Positions 29,288 through 40,617 of a DNA stretch of 46,833 bases are shown here, in pieces. A model generated the notes under the pieces. It worked only from the letters and a program-made list of their open reading frames with translations, searched no databases and had not been told where the DNA came from. The translations under genes and the position numbers were made by a program. Position 1 is the first letter of the stretch; the number at the start of each line of letters is the position of its first letter. The DNA is from Candidatus Heimdallarchaeota archaeon (GTDB lineage: Archaea; Asgardarchaeota; Wukongarchaeia; Wukongarchaeales; JBHIFL01): assembly GCA_046761065.1 (NCBI GenBank), contig JBHIFL010000031.1, positions 1 through 46,833 of the forward strand, given 5' to 3'.

Positions 29288-30193
29288 GTGGGGTTTGGAA
29301 AAACGATGATGAGGACGACCATTCTTTTTATGGCTCTCTTCCTTGTCTTTTATGCGATTACGCTTGTGTTCGACCTTCTCTGGTATTGGGCGCTGCTTTT
29401 TATGAGCCTTATTGTGTTCATAAGCTATTGGACCTCTGATCGGATTGTCCGGCGAATGGCAGGTGCGCGGCTTGTCACCGAAGCCGAGGCTCCTGAATTA
29501 CATGCCATTGTTGATAGTTTGGCCCAAAAAGCGGGCCTTCCCAAGCCACGAGTAGCTATCGTAGATAATCCCGTCCCAAACGCCTTCGCAACGGGACGAT
29601 CGCCTAAAAAGGCCGTCATTGCCGTTCATACTGGATTATTGAACGCTTTAAATCAAGAAGAACTCGAAGGTGTTATTAGTCACGAATTAACACATGTTCG
29701 GAACTGGGATACCTTAATCATGGCAATCGCCGCAGTTGTTGCGGGGACGATTGCATTCGTGGCTCGAATGGCCTTTTGGTTCTCCTTAAGCTCGCGGGAT
29801 TCCCGCAGTCGCACCTCTCCTTATGCGGTGATTATTGCATGGCTTTTAGCTCCAATTGCGGCTCTCTTGATTCAACTGGCGATTTCACGGGGACGGGAAT
29901 ATGCCGCCGATCGGGGTGGAGCTGAACTCACAGGTCGACCGATAGCCTTGGCGAATGCCTTAGAAAAGATCCATTTATATAAACAAAAACGTCCATTGAC
30001 TGTGGAAAAAGCCAATCCTGCAATAGCTCACCTCTATATCATTAACCCGTTTCGAAGTCAGGGGCTCGTTGGATTGTTTTCGACACACCCCTCCTTGGAA
30101 GATCGAATCAAGCGGTTAGAAGCAATGAAAGGCCTCAAATTTGCTCGAAGGCCTAGGGAACTACGCCCAGAGGACTTTACCATTGTTTCCTGA
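29288..30193 (+). CDS. htpX: Membrane zinc metalloprotease HtpX (M48)
   Basis: PNAFATGR, HELTH, SRGREYAAD, FSTHP. Confidence 0.95.
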   Translation: MGFGKTMMRTTILFMALFLVFYAITLVFDLLWYWALLFMSLIVFISYWTSDRIVRRMAGARLVTEAEAPELHAIVDSLAQKAGLPKPRVAIVDNPVPNAFATGRSPKKAVIAVHTGLLNALNQEELEGVISHELTHVRNWDTLIMAIAAVVAGTIAFVARMAFWFSLSSRDSRSRTSPYAVIIAWLLAPIAALLIQLAISRGREYAADRGGAELTGRPIALANALEKIHLYKQKRPLTVEKANPAIAHLYIINPFRSQGLVGLFSTHPSLEDRIKRLEAMKGLKFARRPRELRPEDFTIVS

Positions 30194-30397
30194 GGGGAAG
30201 GACTGTCCATTCGCCTCTTTCAGAACTGGGTTAAAGGTCGGAGTTTATGACTTGCTTTTGAAGGAAATGGTTGCCCTAATGTCCTAGTTGATATACAAAG
30301 TAAGGGGGGCAAAGAAGAGAGGTGAGCATATGTATGGGTATAAAAACAAAACTGAGCGTCTTTTAATGAAATTGTTAAATGGGAATACTTAAAAGAT

Positions 30398-30420
30398 ATT
30401 ATCTCTAAATAAGATATATC
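30398..30420 (+). promoter_or_regulatory. Putative operator upstream of copA
   Basis: ATTATCTC-taaataa-GATATATC after CTTAAAA. Confidence 0.65.
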
Positions 30421-30456
30421 TATGATGACTATATTACTCTTGAGGAGGACTACAAA

Positions 30457-32958
30457 TTGACACAAAAAAAGAAAGTCTCTTTGTTAATTCAAGGGATGCA
30501 CTGCGCGTCCTGTGCAGTGAACATCCAAAAGGAGCTCTCCAAGCAAAGTGGAGTGGTCGAAGCAAATGTAAACTTTGCCACAGAAAAAGCCACCGTCATG
30601 TACGACCCTGATATCACAGCGCCTACAGACCTTATTAACGCGGTTCATGACAGCGGATATGAAGCGGTTGTCGAGAAGGTAACGATTCCTATTGGTGGAA
30701 TGACCTGCGCCTCATGTGCGGCAACAGTCGAAAAAGCCCTAACCAAAGTAGATGGAGTTGTCAACGTCAACGTCAATTTTGCCACTGAGAAAGCAACTGT
30801 TAAATTCGTGCCTTCTGCAATTGGGATTAGGGACTTGAGGAAGGCGGTCGAGGCGGCTGGATATCAAGCGCTCGAAGTGGTCGAGGGAGATGGCGTTGAG
30901 GACAGAGAGCGAAAGGCTCGTCTTAAGGAGATCCAGTATCTTAAGACGCGGTTTATTGTTGGTGCTCTTCTCTCGATGTTGATCTTTGGGGGGAGTTTTC
31001 CTGAGTGGGTTCCGATCCTCCGCTCTCTTGAGATTGCCGATCAAACCCGCTTTTTTGGATTGCTGATCCTTACTACGCCGGTTCAGTTTTGGGTTGGGTG
31101 GCGGTTTTACACCGGGACGTATGCCGCGTTTAAACGCAAGTCGGCGGACATGAACGTCCTGATCGCGATCGGAACTACCGCAGCGTATCTATATAGTCTG
31201 GCTGCGACGTTCTTTCCCGTGTTTTTTACGTCCTCAGGTTTAGTTCCTGAAGTTTATTTCGATACTGCCGCAATAATCATCACACTGATCGTGCTAGGGA
31301 GACTGCTTGAAGCGAGAGCGAAAGGCCAGACTTCTGAGGCGATCAAGAAGTTGATGGGGCTACAAGCAAAGACAGCTCGCGTAGTCCGGGATGGTGAAGC
31401 GATCGACATCCCTATTGAGGAAGTTCAAGTCGGAGATCTCGTCGTGGTGCGCCCGGGGGAGAAAATCCCTGTTGATGGCCTGATAAAAGAGGGCTACTCC
31501 ACCGTTGACCAGTCGATGATTACCGGAGAAAGCATTCCTGTCGAGAAAAAGGAGGGGGATGAGGTCATCGGGGCCACGATCAACAAAACAGGTATGTTCA
31601 AGTTTGAAGCCACAAAGGTGGGGAAAGACACTGCGCTTGCGCAAATAATTAAGCTAGTCGAAGATGCTCAAGGATCGAAAGCCCCCATTCAGCGTCTAGC
31701 GGACACAGTGGCGGGGATTTTCGTTCCTGCCGTGATCATTATTGCGGTTGCCACCTTCGCCGTTTGGTACTTTTTTGGCCCGACCCCTGCATTCACCTTC
31801 GCCATGTTGAACTTTGTTGCCGTGTTGATCATTGCCTGCCCCTGTGCACTGGGGTTAGCTACTCCAACGGCCATAATGGTTGGCACGGGAAAGGGAGCTG
31901 AAAACGGGGTGCTTATCCGGGGTGGGGAAAGTTTGGAGACCGCCCACAAGATTAACACCATCATATTCGATAAGACTGGGACCCTCACACGAGGTGAACC
32001 GGCAGTTACTGACATTGCACCTGCAACGGGGTTTTCAAGCGATGAAGTTTTGCTATTAGCTGCGATCGTGGAGAAGGGTTCAGAACATCCACTAGGAGAA
32101 GCCATTGTCCATCACGCTAAAGAAAGGAAACTTCAGCTCGAAGACTCAGAAGAGTTCGCCGCAGTTCCTGGCCACGGCGTACGAGCTAAAGCCAAAGGTA
32201 GAGAAGTTGTTCTAGGCAATGCTCGATTGATGAGGAAGGAACACATAGACATCAGAGACTTGGAAACCATCGCTGTGGCATTCTCGGAGGATGGGAAGAC
32301 CCCCATGTACATCGGGGTCGATGGGATTGCTGCAGGAGTTATCGCCGTGGCAGACACCCTCAAACCGAATTCTTTGGGAGCTGTTGCGGAATTGCATAAG
32401 TTAGGGGTTGAAGTGGTTATGATCACGGGAGATAACGAGAGGACTGCGAAGGCTATCGCAAGACAGGTTGGTATTGACCGGGTTCTTTCCGAGGTTCTTC
32501 CAGACGATAAGGCAAAGGAAGTGAAAGCCCTTCAAGACGAGGGCAAGATCGTGGCGATGGTCGGCGATGGAATCAACGATGCACCCGCTCTAGCTCAGGC
32601 GGATGTGGGAGTTGCGATCGGAACAGGGACGGATGTTGCAATGGAAGCTTCGGATATCACTTTGATCACCGGGGACTTACAGGGAGTAGTCACTGCGATT
32701 CAGTTGAGCAAGAAAACGATGCGAACTATCAAACAAAATCTTTTCTGGGCCTTTGGGTACAATACTGCGTTTATTCCGATTGCAGCGGGGATTTTGTACC
32801 CGTTTCTCGGCATTTTGCTCAATCCGATCTTTGCGGCGGTGGCGATGGCTGCTAGCTCGGTGTCGGTAGTCTCGAACTCGTTGCGGCTCCGGAGGTTCTC
32901 CCTTCCCCGACTGGCGCCGAAGGGTTCACCCACGATTAGCAAATCAGTGCCCACCTAG
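30457..32958 (+). CDS. copA: Cu(I)-exporting P1B-1 ATPase
   Basis: Two GMxCASC HMA domains, CPC, DKTGT, YN (TM7), MAASS (TM8). Confidence 0.96.
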   Translation: MTQKKKVSLLIQGMHCASCAVNIQKELSKQSGVVEANVNFATEKATVMYDPDITAPTDLINAVHDSGYEAVVEKVTIPIGGMTCASCAATVEKALTKVDGVVNVNVNFATEKATVKFVPSAIGIRDLRKAVEAAGYQALEVVEGDGVEDRERKARLKEIQYLKTRFIVGALLSMLIFGGSFPEWVPILRSLEIADQTRFFGLLILTTPVQFWVGWRFYTGTYAAFKRKSADMNVLIAIGTTAAYLYSLAATFFPVFFTSSGLVPEVYFDTAAIIITLIVLGRLLEARAKGQTSEAIKKLMGLQAKTARVVRDGEAIDIPIEEVQVGDLVVVRPGEKIPVDGLIKEGYSTVDQSMITGESIPVEKKEGDEVIGATINKTGMFKFEATKVGKDTALAQIIKLVEDAQGSKAPIQRLADTVAGIFVPAVIIIAVATFAVWYFFGPTPAFTFAMLNFVAVLIIACPCALGLATPTAIMVGTGKGAENGVLIRGGESLETAHKINTIIFDKTGTLTRGEPAVTDIAPATGFSSDEVLLLAAIVEKGSEHPLGEAIVHHAKERKLQLEDSEEFAAVPGHGVRAKAKGREVVLGNARLMRKEHIDIRDLETIAVAFSEDGKTPMYIGVDGIAAGVIAVADTLKPNSLGAVAELHKLGVEVVMITGDNERTAKAIARQVGIDRVLSEVLPDDKAKEVKALQDEGKIVAMVGDGINDAPALAQADVGVAIGTGTDVAMEASDITLITGDLQGVVTAIQLSKKTMRTIKQNLFWAFGYNTAFIPIAAGILYPFLGILLNPIFAAVAMAASSVSVVSNSLRLRRFSLPRLAPKGSPTISKSVPT

Positions 32959-32974
32959 ATTTGGGGATGGGAGG

Positions 32975-33739
32975 GTGTTTCTAATGAGTGTGCCTAGGCA
33001 TACCTTTCTAAAGTTTGGATTGATAGCTGTGTGGGGTGTCCTGACTTCGATATTCTATCGAGGCGCCCGGAAAGAGACAAGACCGAGTGCGATGGCACCC
33101 GCGACAAGAAGATGGGGCATGCTCATTGATTTGAGTCGCTGTGATGGGTGTGGTGCTTGTATTGAGGCGTGCCACGCTTACCACTTTATTCCAGAAGGCC
33201 AAGAGTGGATCAAGATCTACCGACTAAAAGATAACCCAGATCTACCCGTATATTTTTTTGTTCGACCCTGCATGCACTGCGAGAACCCGCCCTGTGTGAA
33301 GGTCTGTCCAGTGAATGCAACATATCGCCGAGCGGATGGAATCACCTTGATTGACAATATTCGTTGTATTGGGTGCCGAATGTGCATGGCCGCGTGCCCC
33401 TATGGGGAACGGTATTTCACGTGGCGAGATCCCCCACCCCTGCCACCGGCGGTGCAGGCGAGCGGGTACTCCCCTGAGTGGGGGTATCCGCACCAGAAAG
33501 GAACCGTTGCCAAATGTGATTTTTGTCCTGACATGGCGTAACTAGGCCGCCTTCCCCCATGCGTCGTGGCGTGTCCGACCGGGGCGATCTTTTATGGAGA
33601 TCTTAACGAAGATGCGATCTCAAATGGCCGCGAACTTCGCAGATTCTCAGAGACCGTAGCAAAGGAAAGTGCGTACAGATATCGAGAGGACCTAGGCACG
33701 TATCCACGTGTCTATTATCTTCTGGCACGTAAAAAATAG
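32975..33739 (+). pseudogene. NrfC/DmsB-type 4x[4Fe-4S] protein with a premature stop at 33539
   Basis: CDGCGAC, CMHCENPPCVKVCP, CIGCRMCMAACP, KCDFC, TAA, then in-frame PPCVVACPTGAIFYGDL...GTYPRVYY. Confidence 0.88.
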
Positions 33740-33950
33740 GGGGGCCTGTTGGAAATTTTAACGAACCTATTTCTTCGTGTAGATATGGAAACGTACTTAG
33801 AGCCACCAGCTGTAAGGTAATGCTTTCTTTGTTGCTTGAGCGTAGGTAGGGTGTCGATCTGAGGTGATGGAGTGATATATCGCCAGTTTTACCCCTCTCT
33901 TTTTTTGAAAGGGTGCACCACTCGATGTATTTACCAAAGAGGAATGGAGA

Positions 33951-34109
33951 ATGAAAGAGGGAAGCGAAAAGATTCCAACAGAATGTCCTAATTGTAATAG
34001 TCACGAGATTGAAAAGAGTGAGTTTGGACTTCTTTCAAAGGACGTTACCTTACATTATGTTTGTAAGACGTGTGGTCACAGATGTGAGGTAACAATGTTT
34101 GAAGATTAA
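33951..34109 (+). CDS. Small zinc-ribbon protein, 52 aa (not in ORF track)
   Basis: MKEGSEKIPTECPNCNS...YVCKTCGHRCEVTMFED; purine-rich RBS. Confidence 0.6.
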   Translation: MKEGSEKIPTECPNCNSHEIEKSEFGLLSKDVTLHYVCKTCGHRCEVTMFED

Positions 34110-34269
34110 CCTTTGCTAGATCCTAGCATTGTGCTTTTTTTATGAGGTTCCTCAATGAATCCGGTTACCATATTTACAATGATTTCAATCCATGTAGGAA
34201 TATGTGTGTTGGTAATTACAAACGATTAGTGAAAACTAGGAGAGTTTTAAACACGTCAAACCCGACAAG

Positions 34270-34537
34270 TACAAGCTGGTGAAGCCATAAGAACTTGGCA
34301 CTGTGAAAGGGGATCTGTGGCCGGGATTCCCGATTGATTCGGGCTCACGGATTCACGATGAGGAAATCCTCGCAACATGCCATTTGTGTGGTTCACAATA
34401 GCTCATTGAAGCGACTAGAGGATTCAAAGATAGAAGCTATTCTAGCACATAAGTTCAACCATATCAGAATCGAAGACGTGTTGAGTGCGCGTATTGCAGC
34501 AATAATAGATAGTTTAATAACTTGGGTAGTGCAATAA
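34270..34537 (+). pseudogene. HtpX remnant
   Basis: AICVVHNSSLKRLEDSKIEAILAHKFNHIRIED aligns with AVIAVHTGLLNALNQEELEGVISHELTHVRNWD. Confidence 0.6.
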
Positions 34538-34665
34538 AGTGTTTGGTTCACTTGAGGAAGCCGTAATCATGAGACAAATGTTCTTACGCTAATTAAATTT
34601 CATAGGTTTTACAATGTTGAGAGTAATCCGCTAGAAAAATCAAGGAGAAATACGTTGAAAACCTA

Positions 34666-35703
34666 TTAAGGTGGGATTTTGTTTTTAAAAAAAGTTTGAA
34701 ACATCAGGCTGCAGCATACGGGGGAAAAATCAACATTCAACCCTCTTTTAAGGGCGTAATCGACACCGGTCTCGCTAGGATAAGCGATCCCATTTAAGCC
34801 CGCATCAATGGAAAGTCTGTCAGTTCTTTCCTTATGTGCACCCAAAGGGCGTGCACAGCCCAAGATGAGCGGTGTCTGGGGCATCAAGAGTCTGGCGCTT
34901 AACACTATGCGTGTAATTTCAAGGGGTGAAGGTGGAGCTACATGTTCCATTTCAGTCCCCTCCAGAGGCATAAGGGCAACTATTACAACAGCAGCTGGCT
35001 TGTATTTGCTGACCATCTGCAAGGCGTATGGTTCTCCCTTGATTTTTCCATAATGCAAGCCCACCACAATGTGAGGCACGGTTGGAATTTTGGCTTGGTG
35101 AAGCAGCTCTAAGCTTCGTTCATAGTCCTCTTTTCCTTTTTTAAGACGAAAAACATCTCTGATGGTCTCCTCTGAACCGACAACATCCAACATTACAGCA
35201 TCGATTCCAATATCTGCTAGTTTCTCTACGAGATCGGGAACAACAAGTCCTGTATGAACAACAATCTTCAATGAGAATTCCTCTTTCGCCTTCTTGATCA
35301 CGGATGTGAATTTCCCCAGTGGAACTGAGCCATCTTTCTTGGCTCCGCCTGAAATCAGGCAGCCTTGGCCTCCCTCCTCTTTGATTCTTTCTACAATTTT
35401 AAGAAGTGTTTCAGGCGTTTTAGCCGGAATCATAGAATCTAGAAGTTTGTGGTTGCAATGAGCGCAGTTCAGAGCACATTTTCGGCCAGTTACGCTGATT
35501 CCCGGGAATCTCCAAGGACGGTCCTGTGTAAAGTGTCGCGTGTTGTAATGGACCATTCCCGGTGCATAACAGCCTAACGTATTCCCAAAGTATTGGCGCG
35601 CAATATTCCAACCCTTATCAAACAGAGGGTGAAGTTCACTGGTTCGCACGGTCAATGCTTGAACGTAGTCCGGCATTTCTAATGAATTTCCCAAGAGAAT
35701 CAC
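34666..35703 (-). CDS. lipS1: Radical SAM lipoate synthase subunit, LipS1-like
   Basis: CALNCAHC plus GCAR and C-terminal CC motifs described for Thermococcus LipS1; clustered with a lipoate ligase. Confidence 0.8.
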   Translation of the reverse strand: MILLGNSLEMPDYVQALTVRTSELHPLFDKGWNIARQYFGNTLGCYAPGMVHYNTRHFTQDRPWRFPGISVTGRKCALNCAHCNHKLLDSMIPAKTPETLLKIVERIKEEGGQGCLISGGAKKDGSVPLGKFTSVIKKAKEEFSLKIVVHTGLVVPDLVEKLADIGIDAVMLDVVGSEETIRDVFRLKKGKEDYERSLELLHQAKIPTVPHIVVGLHYGKIKGEPYALQMVSKYKPAAVVIVALMPLEGTEMEHVAPPSPLEITRIVLSARLLMPQTPLILGCARPLGAHKERTDRLSIDAGLNGIAYPSETGVDYALKRGLNVDFSPVCCSLMFQTFFKNKIPP

Positions 35704-35903
35704 AACATAACTATTTGAGAAACTCGGTGGTGGCGCTTTGGGGGACTAGGTTACTATTTTTTTGGAAATTTCCATTAATTTTGAGTGGGAACATCTTTCT
35801 CTCTTCCTTTCAATAGTTGGTTTTTTTCTTCCGCGCCTTGGTTTCTCATCACACGGATGTGAAATTCGAGAATTCGTGACCTTGAGTAATAAGGCGTTCC
35901 ACC

Positions 35904-37022
35904 TCAATTCCATCTTTTTTTCAAGGAATCCCTAACAAGACCCTCTAATGTTTGATCAGTCAGTTCCCTTGTAAAGACTTGCATCTTCCTTATGTAGGCC
36001 TCCAAAGACTCTAATTCAATCTCATACATTTTTGCTAATGTTCTTAAGGAATTATCCGCTCTAGCAAACCACTTCGCAATGCATTCCCCTGCCGTGATCC
36101 CACACTCCAATGCAAACCGTATTCCTTCTCCTGTGAAGCTATTACAAAAACCGCCAGCATCACCAACCAACAAAACTTCGCCTCTGCCGAATACTGGTGG
36201 GAAAAATGGAATTGGCCATGATTCAACAGATTCAGGGAGGCTAAAGGTAACATTTTGTGTTTCTGATAAAAAATTTAGAAAAATTCTCCTAAATTGCTTC
36301 AAAAAAAGCCCTTTTGAGCTTTTCTTCTCTATTGGAGTGAAAGCAGCAGTACCAACTAAGACCTTGTCATGTTCTTTAAAGATGAGGTACGCATAGATGT
36401 CGGTGAATTTCTTACCATAAAAAACGTAGAAAAAGGGATCCATTACCAGATTACAACGTTCTGCATCGTATTTCTGTTGCATAACTGTGATCGTCTCATT
36501 TCGCTCTGGAAAAATTGCTCTCCGGATACTGCTCCGGCACCCGTCAGCAGCAATGATTACTTTGGTTTTTACTGAGATTATTTCATCTCCCTTACGCAGT
36601 TTCACCAAATAGGAAGACGGATCTGCTTCAAATCCTAAATATCGAGTATGCTCAAGAACTTCTGCACCCTCCTTGGCAGATTGGTTCAGGAGCCAAGAAT
36701 CAAAGCGGTCCCGTTCGATATTCAGCAACTGATAATTTGGAACCGCACCTCCTGCTTTCCACCCACTGGGTGGCACATAATAGAGGCCCAAAGTTGGAGG
36801 ATTCGAAAAAACACTGTCCGGGATTTCAATTTGAAGCGTATCTTCAAATAGTTCCTTACATATGGGTGTAAGAAGTCCACCACAGGGTTTTCGATAGTGT
36901 TTCGATTTCTTTTCTATAATAACAACCCGAAGATCGATATTCTTAAGGGTAGAAATGGCTGTAGCTGTACCTGCAGGGCCTCCCCCAACAATCAAAACAT
37001 CAAACACTTCATCCACACCCAT
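35904..37022 (-). CDS. Geranylgeranyl-reductase-family FAD oxidoreductase (LipT-like by context)
   Basis: VGGGPAG, KPCGG, RDRFD, AADG, VGDAGG..SFTGEGI; start reassigned to ATG 37022. Confidence 0.82.
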   Translation of the reverse strand: MGVDEVFDVLIVGGGPAGTATAISTLKNIDLRVVIIEKKSKHYRKPCGGLLTPICKELFEDTLQIEIPDSVFSNPPTLGLYYVPPSGWKAGGAVPNYQLLNIERDRFDSWLLNQSAKEGAEVLEHTRYLGFEADPSSYLVKLRKGDEIISVKTKVIIAADGCRSSIRRAIFPERNETITVMQQKYDAERCNLVMDPFFYVFYGKKFTDIYAYLIFKEHDKVLVGTAAFTPIEKKSSKGLFLKQFRRIFLNFLSETQNVTFSLPESVESWPIPFFPPVFGRGEVLLVGDAGGFCNSFTGEGIRFALECGITAGECIAKWFARADNSLRTLAKMYEIELESLEAYIRKMQVFTRELTDQTLEGLVRDSLKKRWN

Positions 37023-37236
37023 ACAAATCACCAAGTTCTGCTGATCTTTAATGGACATGTATGTGAATAAAGTTAATATTAGAGCACGACGGTTAGCGTA
37101 AAATAAAAACATGTTGTGATGAAGCAATATGGAGATTGCACCCAGAGTTTGGATAGCAAATCCATCAGAAGATCTCTTAAGTAAGATTAATTTTTTTCTA
37201 GGCATATGTGTGTCAAAATTTGTGTGAGGCTACGAA

Positions 37237-38823
37237 TTGTCAACTTGGCGGTTGTTAGATACAGGACATAGGACGGCAGCCGAAAATTGTGCTCTAGATC
37301 AAAGCATATTGAAAGCGCGGTCATTAAATTTGATCCCCAATACTCTCCGCATTTTGCAGTTCCGCCCTACATGTGTCTTAATTGGTTATCATCAGTCACT
37401 AAGCCAAGAAGTTCGTGTTAATTACTGTAAGCAACATGGGATTCATATGAACCGCCGCATTACCGGTGGTGGAGCCATCTTCTTTGATGAAACCCACTTG
37501 GGATGGGAAGTATTTGCGGACAAGAACGATCCGATCATCCCGATTCAGCTAAACCGTCTATATGAGAAGATGTGCAATTGCGTGATTCGGGGTTTGAAAG
37601 AACTGGGAATATCTGCGTCATTCAGGCCTAAAAATGATATTGAGATCGATGGAAGAAAAATTTCTGGAACGGGAGGAACCGAAATTGGTGATGTCATCCT
37701 GTTTCAAGGCACCTTGCTCACCGACTTAGATATTAAGTCAATGATGCGAGCTCTCCGGGTTCCCATCAAGAAACTCAGTGATAAAGAAATTCTTTCCATC
37801 AAAGATAGAGTTACTTCCTTGAAGGCTCAGCTAGGATACCTTCCTCCAATCCAAGACATCAAAGATGCTCTGGCAAATGGGTTCAAGAAAGAACTTGGTA
37901 TTTGTCTTTCAAAAAGTCACCTCTCAAAAAGCGAACTGAAGCTCTTCTATAAGATTCTTCCCAAATTCATCTCAACCAGATGGATTGACAAGTTCAAAGA
38001 AACTCCGGATGAGGTGAAACACATATTCTCCCTCCGAAAAACCCCTGGAGGGCTAATTCGGGTGGCTCTGTCTCTAGATTCCAGGAGGAATCGTATTAAG
38101 GGCATTCTTATCACCGGGGATTTCTTTGCACATCCTTCTAGAACTATACTGGATCTGGAATCAGCACTTAAGGGCGTAGAAGCGGAAGAAACGGCGATTA
38201 CCTCGACTATCATGGGTTTTTTCAACACCCATGCCCCAATAATCCTTGGAACGCACCCAGAGGATTTCGTACGCACCATCATGGAAGCGGTTCGAAAAAA
38301 TAAGTATGCCCATAATTTAGGGCTTACATATAAGGAACTCAATAACATCTTCGTGGTAAACACCACTTTTTCTAAAATTTTTAAATCCGGCTGCGACACA
38401 CTGTTGATTCCATATTGTGCAAAAGACCTTTCATGCGAATACAGACAAAGAACGGATTGCCTAGTCTGCGGAAACTGTTCCGTCAGTGCTGCATACGAAC
38501 TGGGAAAGAGATATGGTCTTTATACCACTACCATCATAAATTACGAGCACTTGGAAGAAGTCCTCCAGAAACTACGCACCGAAAGATCTATTGGGTACAT
38601 AGGTTGTTGCTGCGAACCCTTTTTCATGAAGCACTTTGATGATTTTGAGCGATTCAAGGTACCAGGTCTCTTAATCGATATAGCCAGTGAGAGTTGCTAC
38701 GATCTAGGGCAGCAAGATGAAGCATACCAAGGGACCTACGAAAACCAGTCTGAACTTCGGATTGACATCCTTGCGAAGGTACTTTCCAGAATTTTTTCAA
38801 CCCAAAAAACCAAAGGCGTATGA
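37237..38823 (+). CDS. Lipoate-protein ligase (Lpl AB type) fused to a Cys-rich DUF116-like domain
   Basis: RRITGGGAIF, PKNDI..RKISG, KTPGGLI/ITGDFF accessory domain; C-terminal PYC, CxxCxxC, GCCC. Confidence 0.88.
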   Translation: MSTWRLLDTGHRTAAENCALDQSILKARSLNLIPNTLRILQFRPTCVLIGYHQSLSQEVRVNYCKQHGIHMNRRITGGGAIFFDETHLGWEVFADKNDPIIPIQLNRLYEKMCNCVIRGLKELGISASFRPKNDIEIDGRKISGTGGTEIGDVILFQGTLLTDLDIKSMMRALRVPIKKLSDKEILSIKDRVTSLKAQLGYLPPIQDIKDALANGFKKELGICLSKSHLSKSELKLFYKILPKFISTRWIDKFKETPDEVKHIFSLRKTPGGLIRVALSLDSRRNRIKGILITGDFFAHPSRTILDLESALKGVEAEETAITSTIMGFFNTHAPIILGTHPEDFVRTIMEAVRKNKYAHNLGLTYKELNNIFVVNTTFSKIFKSGCDTLLIPYCAKDLSCEYRQRTDCLVCGNCSVSAAYELGKRYGLYTTTIINYEHLEEVLQKLRTERSIGYIGCCCEPFFMKHFDDFERFKVPGLLIDIASESCYDLGQQDEAYQGTYENQSELRIDILAKVLSRIFSTQKTKGV

Positions 38824-38961
38824 TCGTTCTTTAATATCGAACGGGAACAAGTCGCATAGGTTGCATTCAAAGCACCAGAAACCTAGAGAAGGGGCAATGA
38901 ATAATAAATTCTAGGTTTCCTGCTAAAAGAGAGCTCCAATCTTTTATGATGTTCTTATACA

Positions 38962-40053
38962 TCAAACAGGGCAGACTGGCGAGATTTTATCAGAGTAGGC
39001 TCTCAACTGTTCTTTTGCTATTCTTATGTCTTTTGTATCTGGTCGGAATGGAAAATTCCTGAGTTCTCCCATATATGCTTGAAAAGGACTGCAATTCCCA
39101 AACGGGCGATTACAAACCGTCTTTCCGCCAGGTCTGTCGGGACAACCAGAAGTCATGAGCCATGTGCCGTCATCAAGGATCATGTCCATCTTTCCTGCTT
39201 CAAGGCTAAAGTCAATGATCCGATCCTTCTCATCGTAAAGGAAATCCTCTGCCTTGCTAAGTTCCATGTCTATCAAATAGCGTGCAAGTTGCATTCGTCG
39301 ATATTGCCCTAGAGGAGGCTGGGGTCGCTTCTCCAAGGGACTAAGTTCCTCGGGAAAGAAACTGAAAAGATGCGTGTTGCCACCCATGTCATACGCCTTT
39401 TGCATAGTCATCACGAACTCGCGTTCAGTTTCCCCTAAGCCCGAGATGAGATGGATTCCGACATTTCCACGGCCAAAAATAGCTATTGCATCCCTGAAAA
39501 CATCCCAATACCTCTCCCACCTGTGAGGACTCCGGACTCCTTCTCCTCTCAACTTTGTGAAAAGTTCCTTTGTCGCGCAATCAATTGCCACCCCCACCAT
39601 GTCGCACCCCCTAGATTTTAACCTCTTCATCCAGGTCTTATCAATTATCATGGGAGCTATCAGGGCACTTAGAGCTTTGTTTGTCCTTTTTTTCAAACGT
39701 TTTATGATGCTTAGAACATCATTAGGGGCACGCCTGTTGGTTATCATTGAAACACAGACTCGTGAAACATGTGAGCACCTATCACTATTCAGGGAGTTGA
39801 TTATGTCTCTAAGTGAGAAAATGGGCCAGTTAACTCGGATAAAAGATTTGTCACTGAATTTTTGGATCTGTCGAGTTCTGCTGAGCCCACAATATGCGCA
39901 TTTACCTATGCATCCATCATCATAGGTTATAAGAAGGTTAGCACAGAAAAGTTTTGCGTCCCTGTAGAACGTACCTGCTCTCAAGTTCATCGTCATAGCG
40001 GCTGCGAAGCTTGTTTGCAAAAATTTAGGGGATTCCATCCTCTCTTCTTCCAA
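38962..40053 (-). CDS. lipS2: Radical SAM lipoate synthase subunit, LipS2-like
   Basis: CIGKCAYC plus TSGCP...CNRP motif described for LipS2. Confidence 0.8.
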   Translation of the reverse strand: MEEERMESPKFLQTSFAAAMTMNLRAGTFYRDAKLFCANLLITYDDGCIGKCAYCGLSRTRQIQKFSDKSFIRVNWPIFSLRDIINSLNSDRCSHVSRVCVSMITNRRAPNDVLSIIKRLKKRTNKALSALIAPMIIDKTWMKRLKSRGCDMVGVAIDCATKELFTKLRGEGVRSPHRWERYWDVFRDAIAIFGRGNVGIHLISGLGETEREFVMTMQKAYDMGGNTHLFSFFPEELSPLEKRPQPPLGQYRRMQLARYLIDMELSKAEDFLYDEKDRIIDFSLEAGKMDMILDDGTWLMTSGCPDRPGGKTVCNRPFGNCSPFQAYMGELRNFPFRPDTKDIRIAKEQLRAYSDKISPVCPV

Positions 40054-40617
40054 GACTTGTGCACCTGAAATCTGGAGAACTCTTGTTACTCATTTAAGGT
40101 TTTCCCTTCAGTTTAGGGTGCTATCCAGAAAAGAAATCGGTTATGCAGGAAAAGATTAGTGCCCCTGCACCATTTCAACAATTTCACTAGTAAATAAGAT
40201 CCCTAATACTTCCTAAAGGAAATAGTTGACGCTTTACCGACACCAGATAGTACTGAGGTTTGAGAAAAAAAATGACAAATTTCCTCTCATGTTTGACACT
40301 AATTAAATGGTGTAAGACGTCCAGTAAAAACGGGTCTCAGCAAATGAAGCTGTTTGGAGGGTTAGAGGCTCCAAGGAATTTTTGGAAAGTCTATTAACAA
40401 CAATTGGAGGGGTTTATCAGGGAATTAAAGTTCCACATAACTGGCTATTATGATTGGACCACAGGAATGCCTGAAATCCTGCAGAATTCTGAAATCCCAC
40501 TAGCGACGGTAATCTCGTGCGTCACAGAACAAGTTTAAAACTAAGATTAGGCATGAACAAAACCCGCGAATCCACAAAAAAATTCATGATAAAAAAGAAA
40601 AAAGGGCAAAAATTGCC

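Noticed and set aside
32975-33739. Stop-codon recoding (Sec/Pyl) in the 4Fe-4S gene and other broken genes
   Set aside because: The stop is TAA at a non-Cys position, and other genes show mixed stops and frameshifts consistent with decay.
33874-33881. Single GATATATC
   Set aside because: No second unit at 15-bp spacing, so not counted as an operator.
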